Assembly (NCBI GenBank): GCA_963815255.1
Contig: CAWFGH010000005.1
Location: forward strand, 453,627 to 517,626
Reading direction: 5' to 3'
Origin: an uncultured delta proteobacterium
GTDB lineage: Bacteria; Desulfobacterota; Binatia; Binatales; Binataceae
DNA: 64,000 bases
Shown: positions 42,918 through 54,565 of the stretch, in pieces
How positions within the stretch are numbered: position 1 is the stretch's first letter
How the letters are laid out: each line of letters opens with the position of its first letter
Program-made: the position numbers and the translations under genes
The notes under the pieces: generated by a model
Told to the model about the DNA's origin: nothing
Databases searched by the model: none
The model's input: the letters and a program-made list of their open reading frames with translations, nothing else

Positions 42918-43133
42918 GTGCAAGTTCCAAGGGTCAACTCTGAAAAAGTATCGAAAGTTCCCCGTTATTCGCCGACCGGCCGCTCGCGCTTTCGGCGGGG
43001 CGCAACCGGCAGCTCCATCAGCAAGCGCCGCCTACTGACGAGCGCACAGTTCGCCGAGATGCGCCGCAAGTTGGCCAACGTGGATGACAAGCTGCGCCAG
43101 CTGACGGCAGCGGAGCGCGAGCGGCGACGCTGA
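42918..43133 (+). CDS. small basic protein, paralog of 34044..34217
   Basis: The C-terminal half KRRLLTSAQFAEMRRKLANVDDKLRQLTAAERERRR matches the 57-aa ORF at 34044. The start is uncertain. Confidence 0.35.
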   Translation: MQVPRVNSEKVSKVPRYSPTGRSRFRRGATGSSISKRRLLTSAQFAEMRRKLANVDDKLRQLTAAERERRR

Positions 43134-43265
43134 CACCGACAGCCGCGGGCGGGCGGTGGATCCGTTATTCGGTTTCTACGCTACCCGGTGGCCCACTTCT
43201 GTCACGATGTAGCCGCCGATGCAAAACTGACCCGGGTCGCCGATTGAAAACTGACCGACCCCGGC

Positions 43266-45096
<1,831 letters not shown>

Positions 45097-46062
45097 ACGG
45101 AACGGCGAGGGGGAGATCCCCTCGCACTCCCCCTGATCAGACCGCTCCAAGTGGGTCAGTTTTACTTCGGCGATCCGAGCATGGGTGGGTCAACATTCAA
45201 TCGGCGTTGACAACCGACTGTCGATTAGAGCGGACGGTCTCCACGGGCGTCTGCACGTTCCGCCATCCACGCGCGACTCCGGAGCAGATTGTATCCGTGT
45301 TCGTTGCCGGCGTGCTCGGCGAGCGCCTCATTGCGCCTCGTACGGATATCGAGGTCGCGAACACGGACGCACGAGAAGCTGCGAAGCTCGCGCGTGGCCT
45401 GGATCTCAACGCGATTGTGGCGAAGACGCGGCTGCGCATTTACAACCTGTGGACCGAGGTGGTTCGACTGTCAGAAGCGCTCGACAAGCGCGGCTCGCTC
45501 GATGCGGGCGAGATCGCACGCGCGGCCAGAATGCCACCACTCTCTTGGCTCTCGGGGTTCTGAATGTGAGACTGCTCTACCATCGGCCTCGATATCAAAC
45601 AGCTTATGGCTCGTCGCGTGTCACAAAGCTGCCGCGCTCCCGTCTGACCAAGCTGTAAAGCTCGTGGTGTCCGGCAAGGCACGGGTCGCCGATGACGAGC
45701 CCGAGCGCGAGGCGTTGGAATCTGCGGTGCGACACACAAGCAAGCGCCGTCAGTTCGTTGGGAGTTGTATCTCTGCCAGCCGCGCTATTTTCAGGGCAGA
45801 TAGTCACTCCCGCGAAGCCGATATCTTCGGCAAAGGCGATAGCGGGGGCCTAAGGCTGAGGCGCACCGACTGGCGGGCGCCTTCAGTGGACTGAAGACGA
45901 CGCCAGCCAACCAATCCAGCTTGATTTATGGCCCTTGTCGGGCGGAAGGACGGCGAAGTCAGCCGGACGCAACCGTCCTTGACAAACTGGGCTGCTTCGC
46001 TCAAATCATTCCGATAGAATGGGGATGTAAGGTGTCTTCGCACGTAAGCAGGGGGAAACACA

Positions 46063-46275
46063 ATGAACGCGAAGCTGAAAAGGGCGCTCGAACTACTGCC
46101 CGAATACGAGCAGGAAGCGCTCGGCCAGCTCCTGCTGGACCAATTCGCAGAAGATGACACGGCGTGGGAAGCGGCCTTTGCAGCATCGCCCGAGAAACTG
46201 GTTCGCTTGAGAGAGGAAATTCGACAAGCCCACCTCAAAGGCGAAACTAAACTCTTAGATCCCGAAAAACTCTGA
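46063..46275 (+). CDS. putative type II antitoxin
   Basis: 70-aa acidic helical ORF directly upstream of a RelE/ParE-like ORF. Confidence 0.5.
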   Translation: MNAKLKRALELLPEYEQEALGQLLLDQFAEDDTAWEAAFAASPEKLVRLREEIRQAHLKGETKLLDPEKL

Positions 46276-46337
46276 ACTCGCGCGCCACTTCGCGATTTTG
46301 GTCGGCTTTCGCCAGACTGCCAAAGCATGTCCAGCGT

Positions 46338-46538
46338 TTGGCGCAGCAAGCCTACCGTACATTTCGACATAATCCGTACGACCCTGCACTTTATTTTAAA
46401 AAGGTGAAAGGTACTTCCGATCTATATTCCATTCGAGTCACTTTCGACTATCGGGCGCTTGGCCATATGACGAAAGCCGATGAAGTCGTTTGGGATTGGA
46501 TCGGAACTCATGAAGAATACTCAAAAATGATCCCCTAA
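46338..46538 (+). CDS. RelE/ParE-superfamily toxin (start probably further upstream, near 46272)
   Basis: YRTFRHNPYDPALYFKKVKGTSDLYSIRVTFDYRALG...VWDWIGTHEEYSKMI fits the family pattern. The same frame stays open back to the antitoxin stop (SRFWSAFARLPKHVQRL). Confidence 0.55.
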   Translation: MAQQAYRTFRHNPYDPALYFKKVKGTSDLYSIRVTFDYRALGHMTKADEVVWDWIGTHEEYSKMIP

Positions 46539-47305
46539 TCTGACGCGCCTTCATTGCCCACAAATACAGCGAAGCACGACCAACCTTTAATTCTTTCATT
46601 CCAGTAAGGATTCATCTCAGGAACGCTCTTCCCCTGCGTATCCGTAAAGTTATAGCGGACGTTCACGCCAGCTTTCTCGTTTAATACACTACGCAAAAAC
46701 TCAGCATAGGCTGGATTTGACCCCGTTCGAGCCGTTCTTACTTCAAGCCCATCGTCCAAAGTTCTATCGGCCAAAATGTCGCTTGTTTCGCATCCCGAAA
46801 ACGCAAGGAGTGTATTGAGTTCGTTTGCAATGTGCTGCGAGTAGGGCGTCGGATAGTGAATGACCAGCGCGAGGCACGAATCTGCGTTGGGCTCGTGCAA
46901 GCGGGCCTGGATCTGAGTACGAAGTTCTTTAGCCATCCGCCATTGTAGTCCATCGTTATCAAACCACATCGGCAATGGCGTCGGCGCTGGGGCGGATACG
47001 CAGGCTCCGGCTTTGTCGTCAGGGAGCGTGGTATCTTTTGCGGACGCTGAAAGTGATCGTGGCGACGCGCTATCGGATTTCGGTCTCGGCATTAAAGCCA
47101 TCGCCATCAGTAACGCGATAAGGGCGACGGCCGCCCCCCTCAGTTCTCGTTGCCAAGGCCACTGTCGCCAACGGGTTATGAACCATCCTGCGGATGCCAC
47201 AACCGCCCCTAAAGCGACCGGCCTAAGCCAGTCGAGAATCTGCCAACCAAACCAATAGCTCGCGATATCCACCGCAGAGCGGGCCAATGCTTGATACCAG
47301 TCCAT
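46535..47305 (-). CDS. membrane-anchored hypothetical protein
   Basis: 256-aa ORF with N-terminal hydrophobic helices. Confidence 0.5.
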   Translation of the reverse strand: MDWYQALARSAVDIASYWFGWQILDWLRPVALGAVVASAGWFITRWRQWPWQRELRGAAVALIALLMAMALMPRPKSDSASPRSLSASAKDTTLPDDKAGACVSAPAPTPLPMWFDNDGLQWRMAKELRTQIQARLHEPNADSCLALVIHYPTPYSQHIANELNTLLAFSGCETSDILADRTLDDGLEVRTARTGSNPAYAEFLRSVLNEKAGVNVRYNFTDTQGKSVPEMNPYWNERIKGWSCFAVFVGNEGASD

Positions 47306-47796
47306 ACAGCCCCCTTCAGTGGGAAGCCCCCCGAAGGGACACGGTACTGCGCTTGACGACTACCGACCAGCGGCGGAAACTGGCGGCATGAGCAGTCCTT
47401 ACGCTCAGCCGATTCTGTTTTTCTTCTGTCGCCCTGCGGCGAGTACCACGAAAAGACGCCTCCGCACTACCGCGCCATGAAGCGCCGCAAGGCGAAGCGC
47501 CTGAAGGCGTAGTCTCAGCGGCATAATCCCCAAAATTTTAGGCGACTGATTGCCCGGATTCCAAGTTCCCGATTTGATCGCCCCGGCAGCCGAACCCCTC
47601 GCCCCGGACGCTCACGAGGTGACCTAGCTCTGCGTCCAGGGCGACTCAGCGACAGCGCTAGCCGGTCCGGAGTCTTCACGCTCGCGAAGCAACCGAAGCG
47701 ACGATGCGACGAGGCGACCGCGGGCTCGGGAATTGAGTCGCGGCCGCTTAGCATCGCGACGGAGCCGATCCGGACGGCCGGCGGCTCCGATTCAAC

Positions 47797-48471
47797 CTAA
47801 GCTCGTTTCAAAGGAATCGACAACGTGTGCCTATCGCCTTCCAGGTATATCAAGCGTGAAGAGCTGGCGGCGATTATCGAGACGGATCTGAACCTGCTAC
47901 GGGGCATGGCAGCAAGAAGCGGGCGCAAGATAGAAAGCGCTTTGGGTAAATTCACAATAATATTGGTAGGAGCGTTCTCGTAGAGAACAAGATCGTAGGC
48001 GGTGGCGGAAGTCCAACGTCCGCTCGCCAGCCCGTTGGCTTTTACACGTATCCTTTCGCAAACGTTAGCCGCCCAATCGTACTCTGGCGTGTCACCTACT
48101 GCGGGCTCACTTCCGGCGAGAACGACTTTCCCCTCAGATCGTTCACTCTCGATGAACAAGCGATGAGCTTCTGATGTACTTGCCTCAGTCGTCTCAAGGC
48201 CGATTTTAGTGCCTTCCGGCGTACTCAGCGTGAAGTCCGGCGATTCTGATTGCTTGGCGTGGACGACGGTCAACGGATACGCCAGGGAGCCTGCGACCGC
48301 TAGTGCGCGCAGATATCTGCCCAACATCCACAATTCCGTGTCGAGCGACTCTCTTTCATCATGCGGCGGCACTCGGCAGCGTTCGTCGAACTCGACCACG
48401 TCCTCTTCGTTGCGAAACGTGATGGTGAACGGTTCCTCAGAAGGCTGGCGCGCGCCGCGTGATCTTTTCAT
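47797..48471 (-). CDS. hypothetical protein, paralog of 20820..21497
   Basis: 224 aa, collinear with and visibly well conserved against the 225-aa ORF at 20820..21497. Confidence 0.65.
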   Translation of the reverse strand: MKRSRGARQPSEEPFTITFRNEEDVVEFDERCRVPPHDERESLDTELWMLGRYLRALAVAGSLAYPLTVVHAKQSESPDFTLSTPEGTKIGLETTEASTSEAHRLFIESERSEGKVVLAGSEPAVGDTPEYDWAANVCERIRVKANGLASGRWTSATAYDLVLYENAPTNIIVNLPKALSILRPLLAAMPRSRFRSVSIIAASSSRLIYLEGDRHTLSIPLKRA

Positions 48472-48765
48472 CTGTGCCCGCTATAGACCCGGCCATGGGG
48501 TTACGCCGAAACGCGTGGCTGGTTAATCGCGCCTCTGCTCATTGACTAAGCCGTGCGCTCCGGATATCCACACCGCTCGGCGACCCGACGAGGTAACCAC
48601 AGTGACGATGCGACGAAGCGACCGCGCGGCTCGGTACGAGGCGGCGTCCTGCCTCAGTAGGAATCGGAACGCGCACCCACGGCGCTGGGCGATGCGCTCT
48701 TGAGAAGATCCTTCCACTCTTTCGAGCGCGAGCGCCGCGGATAGGCGCTTGTTCAGCTGGCAGCC
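47810..48765 (+). repeat. about 0.95-kb direct repeat, copy 2
   Basis: See copy 1. Same orientation, about 27 kb away. Confidence 0.8.
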
Positions 48766-49091
48766 GCCGCAGTCCGGGCTCGGCACGGTACTCCAAGTTC
48801 TATGAGGGCGCGCTTCGTACCCTCCGGATCCACCAGCCTATAGTAGGCCCGTCGGCCCCCGCGGCTCCCGCCGACACGGATCAAGATGCCATGCGTCACG
48901 AACGGCTTGAAGTTTGGCAACCAAAGGCCAGGTATCTTTGTTCGGGCACGGTCGAGAATCCAGGAACCGGCCAAGTCTGTCGCAGGCCCAAGCTCATCCG
49001 CCAATTCGACACAGGCCGCGACGGGTGCTAGCAGATGCTGATCTTTGATAGCCATCACGGATTGATAGGCAATCGATTCCGTCTGCTTCAT
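48753..49091 (-). CDS. hypothetical protein
   Basis: Internal Met (MKQTESIAYQS) of the 155-aa track ORF. No motif. Confidence 0.35.
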   Translation of the reverse strand: MKQTESIAYQSVMAIKDQHLLAPVAACVELADELGPATDLAGSWILDRARTKIPGLWLPNFKPFVTHGILIRVGGSRGGRRAYYRLVDPEGTKRALIELGVPCRARTAAAAS

Positions 49092-49514
49092 TTCCAGTAC
49101 CTCCAAGACTCTAAGTAGCGTTTCAAGCCATATTGTAGTGCTCGACTTGCGGACAACGAAAGACCGACGGCAGAGGTTATCCACAGGCAGAGGTGTTTGT
49201 TCATAAAGGGTGGGCCGCAAGCCGAAGAGTCGTTCTCAACAAGCCCCCAACAGGATATCCTCAGGCTTGCCCACAGGGTCTCCCGGCCCAGAGTGCCGGT
49301 CGCAGGGGGCGGCGGGAAAACCGGCCAAACCGGGTGAGAAGAGAGTAAAGACGCCTAGCTCTTCGGGGCGCACCCTGTCGCCCCTCCACAGTTCATATCG
49401 ACTTTTGTCTCGCGCGTATTTGCACCGACAGTGGAAGTGCCGCCGACCTGGTAGGAATGAAGGAGCCAGTACCTACCGAATCCATGATGTTGGGCTTGGA
49501 TTAAGGAGGAGGGG

Positions 49515-49745
49515 TTGATGGTCGGAATGCTTCAAATTCTCACTTACATGCTCGCGTTCTACTTGGTGGTAAAGGGTGTGGAGATCTTGCAGATCGCGTT
49601 GGCGTCGAATCGCGAGAAGCGAGACGGCATCATAACTATCGGAATCCTCATGTTGATTCTGTGCATTTGTGCGGCCGGCGGATTCGTCGCAATGCAAGAC
49701 CAGCAAGCCAAATCTGTAAGCAGTCAAACGACGCCCTCTCCATAG
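49515..49745 (+). CDS. small two-TM membrane protein
   Basis: 76 aa preceded by AGGAGGAGGGG. Two hydrophobic segments. Confidence 0.45.
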   Translation: MMVGMLQILTYMLAFYLVVKGVEILQIALASNREKRDGIITIGILMLILCICAAGGFVAMQDQQAKSVSSQTTPSP

Positions 49746-49965
49746 CACGAAGGTAAGCCAGCAACGATGCGCGAGGCGGCCGCGCGACTCGATTATGAGG
49801 GAGGCGACGAGGCCGTCGAGCGCAGGGACGGCGGACAGGCAGACGGCAGTCCGGTCACGCCTTACGAATTCTCAGCGCCGGATTTAAGCGCAGCGAAGCC
49901 CGCGCCGGGCTTTGATGAGCGGCGGCAAAGTGTAATGGTGGGGCAAAGCACAAGGAGGATTCGAT

Positions 49966-50382
49966 ATGATGTCGCAGTTGCTGACCCAATTTTTTGCGGC
50001 CGTTCATGATTTTAATGCTTGTCGGACCAAGGGCGACTATCAACATTTGGAGAAATACTATGACCCCCACGCCGAACTCCGTGAAGTTGATCCGCCGCAT
50101 CACAAACACACCGGACGCGACCATATCATAAAGTACTTGGGGGAGACGCAACCAAGACTTTTGCCTCGATTTTGGCCTAGTTTACCAACGATCACCGAAA
50201 CCCCAGCGGACTCCGATACTGAGACCGCTGCTTCGCTTGATGGGTCGGCTACTTACTTTGATTCTACAACGACTGCTCCAGGAGCTAATAGAATGCCATT
50301 TGTGATCAATTTCCATTTCGAGTTCAAGAGACCGAACACTGGGAGCCTTTGGTTGGTCACGGTCGGGAAGAGAGTACTCTAA
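49966..50382 (+). CDS. hypothetical protein, possibly NTF2-like
   Basis: 138 aa preceded by AGGAGGA. The N-terminal pattern LTQFFAAVHDFNACRTKGDYQHLEKYYDPHAEL resembles SnoaL-like proteins. Confidence 0.4.
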   Translation: MMSQLLTQFFAAVHDFNACRTKGDYQHLEKYYDPHAELREVDPPHHKHTGRDHIIKYLGETQPRLLPRFWPSLPTITETPADSDTETAASLDGSATYFDSTTTAPGANRMPFVINFHFEFKRPNTGSLWLVTVGKRVL

Positions 50383-50514
50383 CTCATGCGCAGGTGCGCG
50401 CCGACCCCTATTCAAAAGATGCTCAAGGCAAAGAGAGCGATAAGGCGTTCCTCGGCTTGTTAGCCCGGCGGGGCTGGGTTGCCGCCCCTTCGGTTTGCTG
50501 GTCATCTCTGCTGC

Positions 50515-50748
50515 ATGGAAGCCATCAGACCCGGCCACGTCGTTATCGCTAGGTATCTGATGTTGCTTGGCGCTGGATGTCTGGTCATCGTCGTGCTTAC
50601 TCATGTCTGCGAAAGACTTCATCTGTTTCCCGTGATGGGCTGGGGGCTGAGGAACAGCCTCGGCCATTATCTCGACCTCAGCGCCGCTATTCTCGGTCTC
50701 GCTTTCGTTCCCGCAGGATATTTCCTCGCGTCTCGCAGTGGTCGCTGA
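50515..50748 (+). CDS. small two-TM membrane protein
   Basis: Internal Met MEAIRPGHVVIARYLMLLGAGCLVIVVLTHV... of track ORF 50479..50748. Confidence 0.35.
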   Translation: MEAIRPGHVVIARYLMLLGAGCLVIVVLTHVCERLHLFPVMGWGLRNSLGHYLDLSAAILGLAFVPAGYFLASRSGR

Positions 50749-51026
50749 GATCCAGAATCGCCTGCGGATACTCGGCGCAGTGCACCGTCCGCGGCTGCCG
50801 CGTCCGAGCTACCAGGCTCGCCAGGTACACCGATGGCCAAGGCCGGCCGCTCAGGCAGCGCGAGCTATGCGACCGACACGCGGACTGGCTGGCTCAGAGC
50901 GAATCGCCCGAGCGTTCATGATTTGAGAGGCGCACCCGATGCGTGAGAAAATCGTCCAGACGACGGCCCCGTAAAAGCGGGTTACGACCGCGCGGGCGCT
51001 TCGCGAATCTGGCACGCCACGGGGCC

Positions 51027-51102
51027 AACTCAGCCAAGGAGTGCGACGGACGTTGGCCGTTGTCGCTCCGTCGCTGGGTTGCGGGGTCACTCACTGGCTC
51101 AG
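51027..51102 (+). repeat. repeat module R4 (copy 2)
   Basis: AACTCAGCCAAGGAGTGCGACGGACGTTGGCCGTTGTCGCTCCGTCGCTGGGTTGCGGGGTCACTCACTGGCTCAG. Confidence 0.75.
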
Positions 51103-51142
51103 GATGGAGCTGCTAAGTCGCGGAGTTGCACAACTGTTGTAC

Positions 51143-51260
51143 CCGGACTTTTCGACAAAAAAATTCGCGTCAGCGCAGCGCGCGCCTCTTCATCGACTCC
51201 AAACGGAACATCGACCCCCCCTACCCGGCACCCTCTTTTCGCTCCGTCCGCAGGCAAGAG
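51143..51260 (+). repeat. dispersed repeat family 1, short copy D
   Basis: CCGGACTTTTCGACAAAAAAATTCGCG ... CGACCCCCCTACCCGG. It lies about 0.3 kb from the tRNA-Phe 3' end. Confidence 0.7.
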
Positions 51261-51567
51261 AGCGACGGTTACTAAATGGGTTACTGCGAGATTCCGCAAC
51301 GAAATCGCGGAGTTACCGAGTAACTTAGTGCCTCGTTTCGTGCATCGTAAGCCCGCGGAATCACTTCGGAATCGCGATCAAAAGCTTGTCACGAAGTCGC
51401 TAAGTCACTGCGGCCGTGGGGTGGAATGATCATCGGCCAGCTCAGCCGAGTAGCGAAGTGACAACGAATTTAAGCATCGAAGTGTGCTCGCTGGCACCTA
51501 ATTTTGCACCTAAAATCCTAGAGACGTCAAACCGAGGTCAGAAAAAGCTTGATTATTAAAGGTTTTT

Positions 51568-51643
51568 TGGTGGGCAGGGGCTGAATCGAACTCTCGACAC
51601 GAAGATTTTCAGTCTTCTGCTCTACCGACTGAGCTACCTGCCC
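51568..51643 (-). tRNA. tRNA-Phe (GAA), CCA encoded, T-stem not complementary
   Basis: The reverse complement reads GGGCAGGTAGCTCAGTCGGTAGAGCAGAAGACTGAAAATCTTCGTGTCGAGAGTTCGATTCAGCCCCTGCCCACCA. Acceptor, D and anticodon stems pair perfectly. T-stem GAGAG/CAGCC pairs only at its two terminal positions. Confidence 0.8.
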
Positions 51644-51766
51644 ACCGGGATTCTGCGCGTCGGGGCCTTCGCGGCGGTCTTAATTCGTACCTGTCCCGAC
51701 TCGCCCTTGCAACAGCCATCAGGCCGCGCCAGCGCTGTCCATCGGACGGCCTCGAGCGGCGTCGCG

Positions 51767-52727
51767 CTACTGCTTGAGTGCCGCGACCCGCGCCTCGACG
51801 AAATCGATCACCTTGGCCTCGAGGTTGGCCCCATCCAGCCGATCGATCTCCTGGATTCCCGTGGGACTGGTCACGTTGACCTCGGTCAGGTAGTTGCCGA
51901 TGATGTCGAGGCCGACGAAATAGAGCCCGTCGCGCTTCAGGCGCGGCCGCAGCATCGGCAGATTTCGCGGTCGCGCGCGGTGACTTCGGCCTTGACGCAA
52001 TTGCCGCCGACATGGATATTGCCGCGGTGCTCGTCGTCGCGCGGCACTCGCAGCGTGCATCCCAGCGGCTCGCCGTCGAGCACGATCAGCCGCTTGTCGC
52101 CGTTGCGGATTTCCGGAATATAGCGTTGGGCCATGATCGGCCGTGACTCGAAACGGGTCACCGCTTCGAGGATCGCGTTCAAGTTGCGGTCGTCCGCGCG
52201 CGGCCAGAAATACGCTTTCGCCGCCATGGCCGTCGAGCGGCTTGACGATCATCTCGCCGCCTTGCTCCTCCATGAATTGCTTCAGGCGCGCGATTTCGTA
52301 GCTCACCATCGTCGGCGGAATCGCGCCGGGGAAATTCAGCGCGTAGAGCTTTTCGTTGGCCTCACGCAGGCCCGCGGGCTCGTTAAGCACGAAAGTGCGG
52401 CGGCGATCGGCCAGGCTCAGCAGCATCGTGGCGAACAGGTAAGCGTCGTCGGCGGGCGGGTCCTTGCGCATGAAGATCGCGTCGAAACGCCTCGAGCGGA
52501 TAGTCGGCGCCGTCGTCGAGAAAGCGGTAATGCGGCGTCCCGCGCATCACCTCGCATCGCCGCGCCCCGGCAAACGCGTGCGCGCCGATCGCATAGAGGT
52601 CGTGCAGGGCGACGAAGTAAGCCTGATGTCCGCGGCCGATCGCCTCGAGCATGAAGGCGAAGGTGGTGTCCTTGTCGGGCAGCACCTTCTCCAGCGGGTC
52701 CATCACGAAGGCGAATTTGTAAGCCAC
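51767..52727 (-). CDS. gshB: glutathione synthetase, three apparent frameshifts
   Basis: The N-terminus MAYKFAFVMDPLEKVLPDKDTTFAFMLEA lies in ORF 52383..52727. MRKDPP...MIVKPLDGHGGESVF lies in 51767..52471. YIPEIRNGDKRLIVLDGEP...HRGNIHVGG lies in 51937..52227. The C-terminus LYFVGLDIIGNYLTEVNVTSPTG is back in the 51767 frame. Confidence 0.85.
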
Positions 52728-52769
52728 CGATCAGTCTTCTCCGCGAATCACTCTGCCGCAAGCACTCCA

Positions 52770-53501
52770 TCAAGCACGCGCTCCATCAAATTCGTCGAGC
52801 GCGCCGGCCGCGATGCTGAGCGCGGCTAGCGCCGCGGTCTCGCTGCGAAGGCGCCGCCCGCCCAATCCCGCGGCGAGGAAGCCGGCCGCTCGCACTGCCG
52901 CCAGTTCCTCGTCCGTGAAATCGCCCTCCGGTCCGCAGAGCAGCAGCGGCGCGCGGTCGCCGGCCTTGCGCAGTATCGCGCCCAGCGGTGGCGCGCCCGC
53001 GCTCAGGACCACGCAGAGCCTGCCCCCGTTAAGCCGCCGGATCAAGTCTCCTAGCTTAAGCGGCGCGATGACCTCGGTCGCGCGCGGCGCAAGGCTCTGC
53101 TTGGCCGCCGCGGTCGCGAGCCGGCGCCATCGCGCGAGCCGCTCATCGCCGACCTCGCGCACGACCCCGCGCGTACACAACACCGGCCATAACTCGGCCG
53201 CGCCGAGTTCGGCGGCCTTTTCGACCAGGAAGTCCATCCGCGGGCCCTTGATCACGGCCGCTGCCAGGACAAGGCCGGCGGTGGCTTCCGCGCGCGCGTG
53301 CGTTGCTGCGGCGATTTCGACGACCGCGTGGCGCGCCTGGAAACTGCGAATCGTGCCCGCGTACTCCGCGCCGCGCTCATCGAACAGCGCGACCTCGGCG
53401 CCGGGCGCGAGCCGCAACACGTCGCGCATATGATGGAGTTCCGCGCCGCCGACCAGCGCAACCGCGCCGTCGACGGCCGACGAAGATATCGCAAATCTCA
53501 T
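52770..53501 (-). CDS. rsmE: 16S rRNA (uracil1498-N3)-methyltransferase
   Basis: MRFAISS...GAELHHMRDVLRLAPGAEVALFDERG...VIKGPRMDFLVEKAAELGA is typical of RsmE. Confidence 0.8.
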   Translation of the reverse strand: MRFAISSSAVDGAVALVGGAELHHMRDVLRLAPGAEVALFDERGAEYAGTIRSFQARHAVVEIAAATHARAEATAGLVLAAAVIKGPRMDFLVEKAAELGAAELWPVLCTRGVVREVGDERLARWRRLATAAAKQSLAPRATEVIAPLKLGDLIRRLNGGRLCVVLSAGAPPLGAILRKAGDRAPLLLCGPEGDFTDEELAAVRAAGFLAAGLGGRRLRSETAALAALSIAAGALDEFDGARA

Positions 53502-53521
53502 CGCAATCTTGGCCGCCCGCT

Positions 53522-54415
53522 TCATCGCGCCATCACCAGCGTGCTCCATCCGCGATCGCGCCGCACGCCGAGGCATCGCAGGCGCGGTCCGTAGCTACGG
53601 AGCACCGCCGGCGCCTCGCGGTTGAGAATTCCGCCGAGCACCAGGCGGCCGCGTCGCGCCAGCAGCCGCGTCAGCGTGGTCGCCATCGCGATCAAAGTTG
53701 AGCTAAGGATGTTGGCCGTGATCAGGTCGAAGCGGCGGCCGAGGCGCGCAAGCGGCGTGGTGGCGAAGCGGATTTTCCTCGCGAGCGAATTGAGCGCCGC
53801 GTTCTCGCGTGCGTTCTCCAGCGCGAGCGCGTCGATATCGATCGCGCGTACCTCCGCGACGCCCATCAGGCGCATCGCAATCGCGAGCACGCCCGATCCT
53901 GTGCCGACGTCGAGCGCGTGCTCGAACCGCTCGGCTGCGCAAAGCTTCTCGATCGTCGCGAGCGCGCCGTAGGTGGTCGGATGATGCCCCGTGCCGAAGG
54001 CCTGTCCAGGATTGATTACCAACTTGAGCCGCCGCGTGGCAACGTCCGAGTTCCATGGCGGAACGATCAGCAGGCGGCGGCCAATCCGCAGCGGCTCGAA
54101 ACGATCCATCCATGCCGTCGCCCAGCCTGGATCCGCGATAAACTGGTGACGCGGCGTCCGGCCCGGACGCGCGAGCATCCCGGCCGCGGTCATCGCTCGC
54201 CGAATCGCCGCAAGCCGCGAGCCGCCGAGCCGATCGAAATACGCCTGGAGTTCCAGCGTCGCGTGGCGATGGGCGCTCCGATGGTCTCCGCCGACCGCGC
54301 ATCCCATCGCCCCCTCGGCGACCAGCATCCCGGCCGCATCGTCAACCATCGCGGCCGGAACCTCGAAAGCAATCCGCACGTAATTGCGGGCGGCGCGTAA
54401 AGCGATTCGGGTCAT
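53522..54415 (-). CDS. prmA: ribosomal protein L11 methyltransferase
   Basis: INPGQAFGTGHHPTTYGAL and DVGTGSGVLAIA motifs. The start is taken at the Met of MTRIALRAAR. The upstream part of the 546-aa track ORF overlaps the plus-strand GDPD gene. Confidence 0.8.
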   Translation of the reverse strand: MTRIALRAARNYVRIAFEVPAAMVDDAAGMLVAEGAMGCAVGGDHRSAHRHATLELQAYFDRLGGSRLAAIRRAMTAAGMLARPGRTPRHQFIADPGWATAWMDRFEPLRIGRRLLIVPPWNSDVATRRLKLVINPGQAFGTGHHPTTYGALATIEKLCAAERFEHALDVGTGSGVLAIAMRLMGVAEVRAIDIDALALENARENAALNSLARKIRFATTPLARLGRRFDLITANILSSTLIAMATTLTRLLARRGRLVLGGILNREAPAVLRSYGPRLRCLGVRRDRGWSTLVMAR

Positions 54416-54565
54416 CGTCCTTATACCAAGCATAAGGGTCGTGGCGCGGCTTGACGAGTGGGGCAAGGCGAACTGCCTGTGGAGAGGAGGCGCCGCCGGA
54501 TTTGCCCGTTGCGATAGGCGGCGGGTAAACTCGCTTGCAATGAGAGCGGTTCGGCTGGTTCTCTG

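Noticed and set aside
45804-46370. 188-aa minus-strand ORF
   Set aside because: It overlaps the better-supported plus-strand antitoxin/toxin pair and has Ser/Arg-rich composition.
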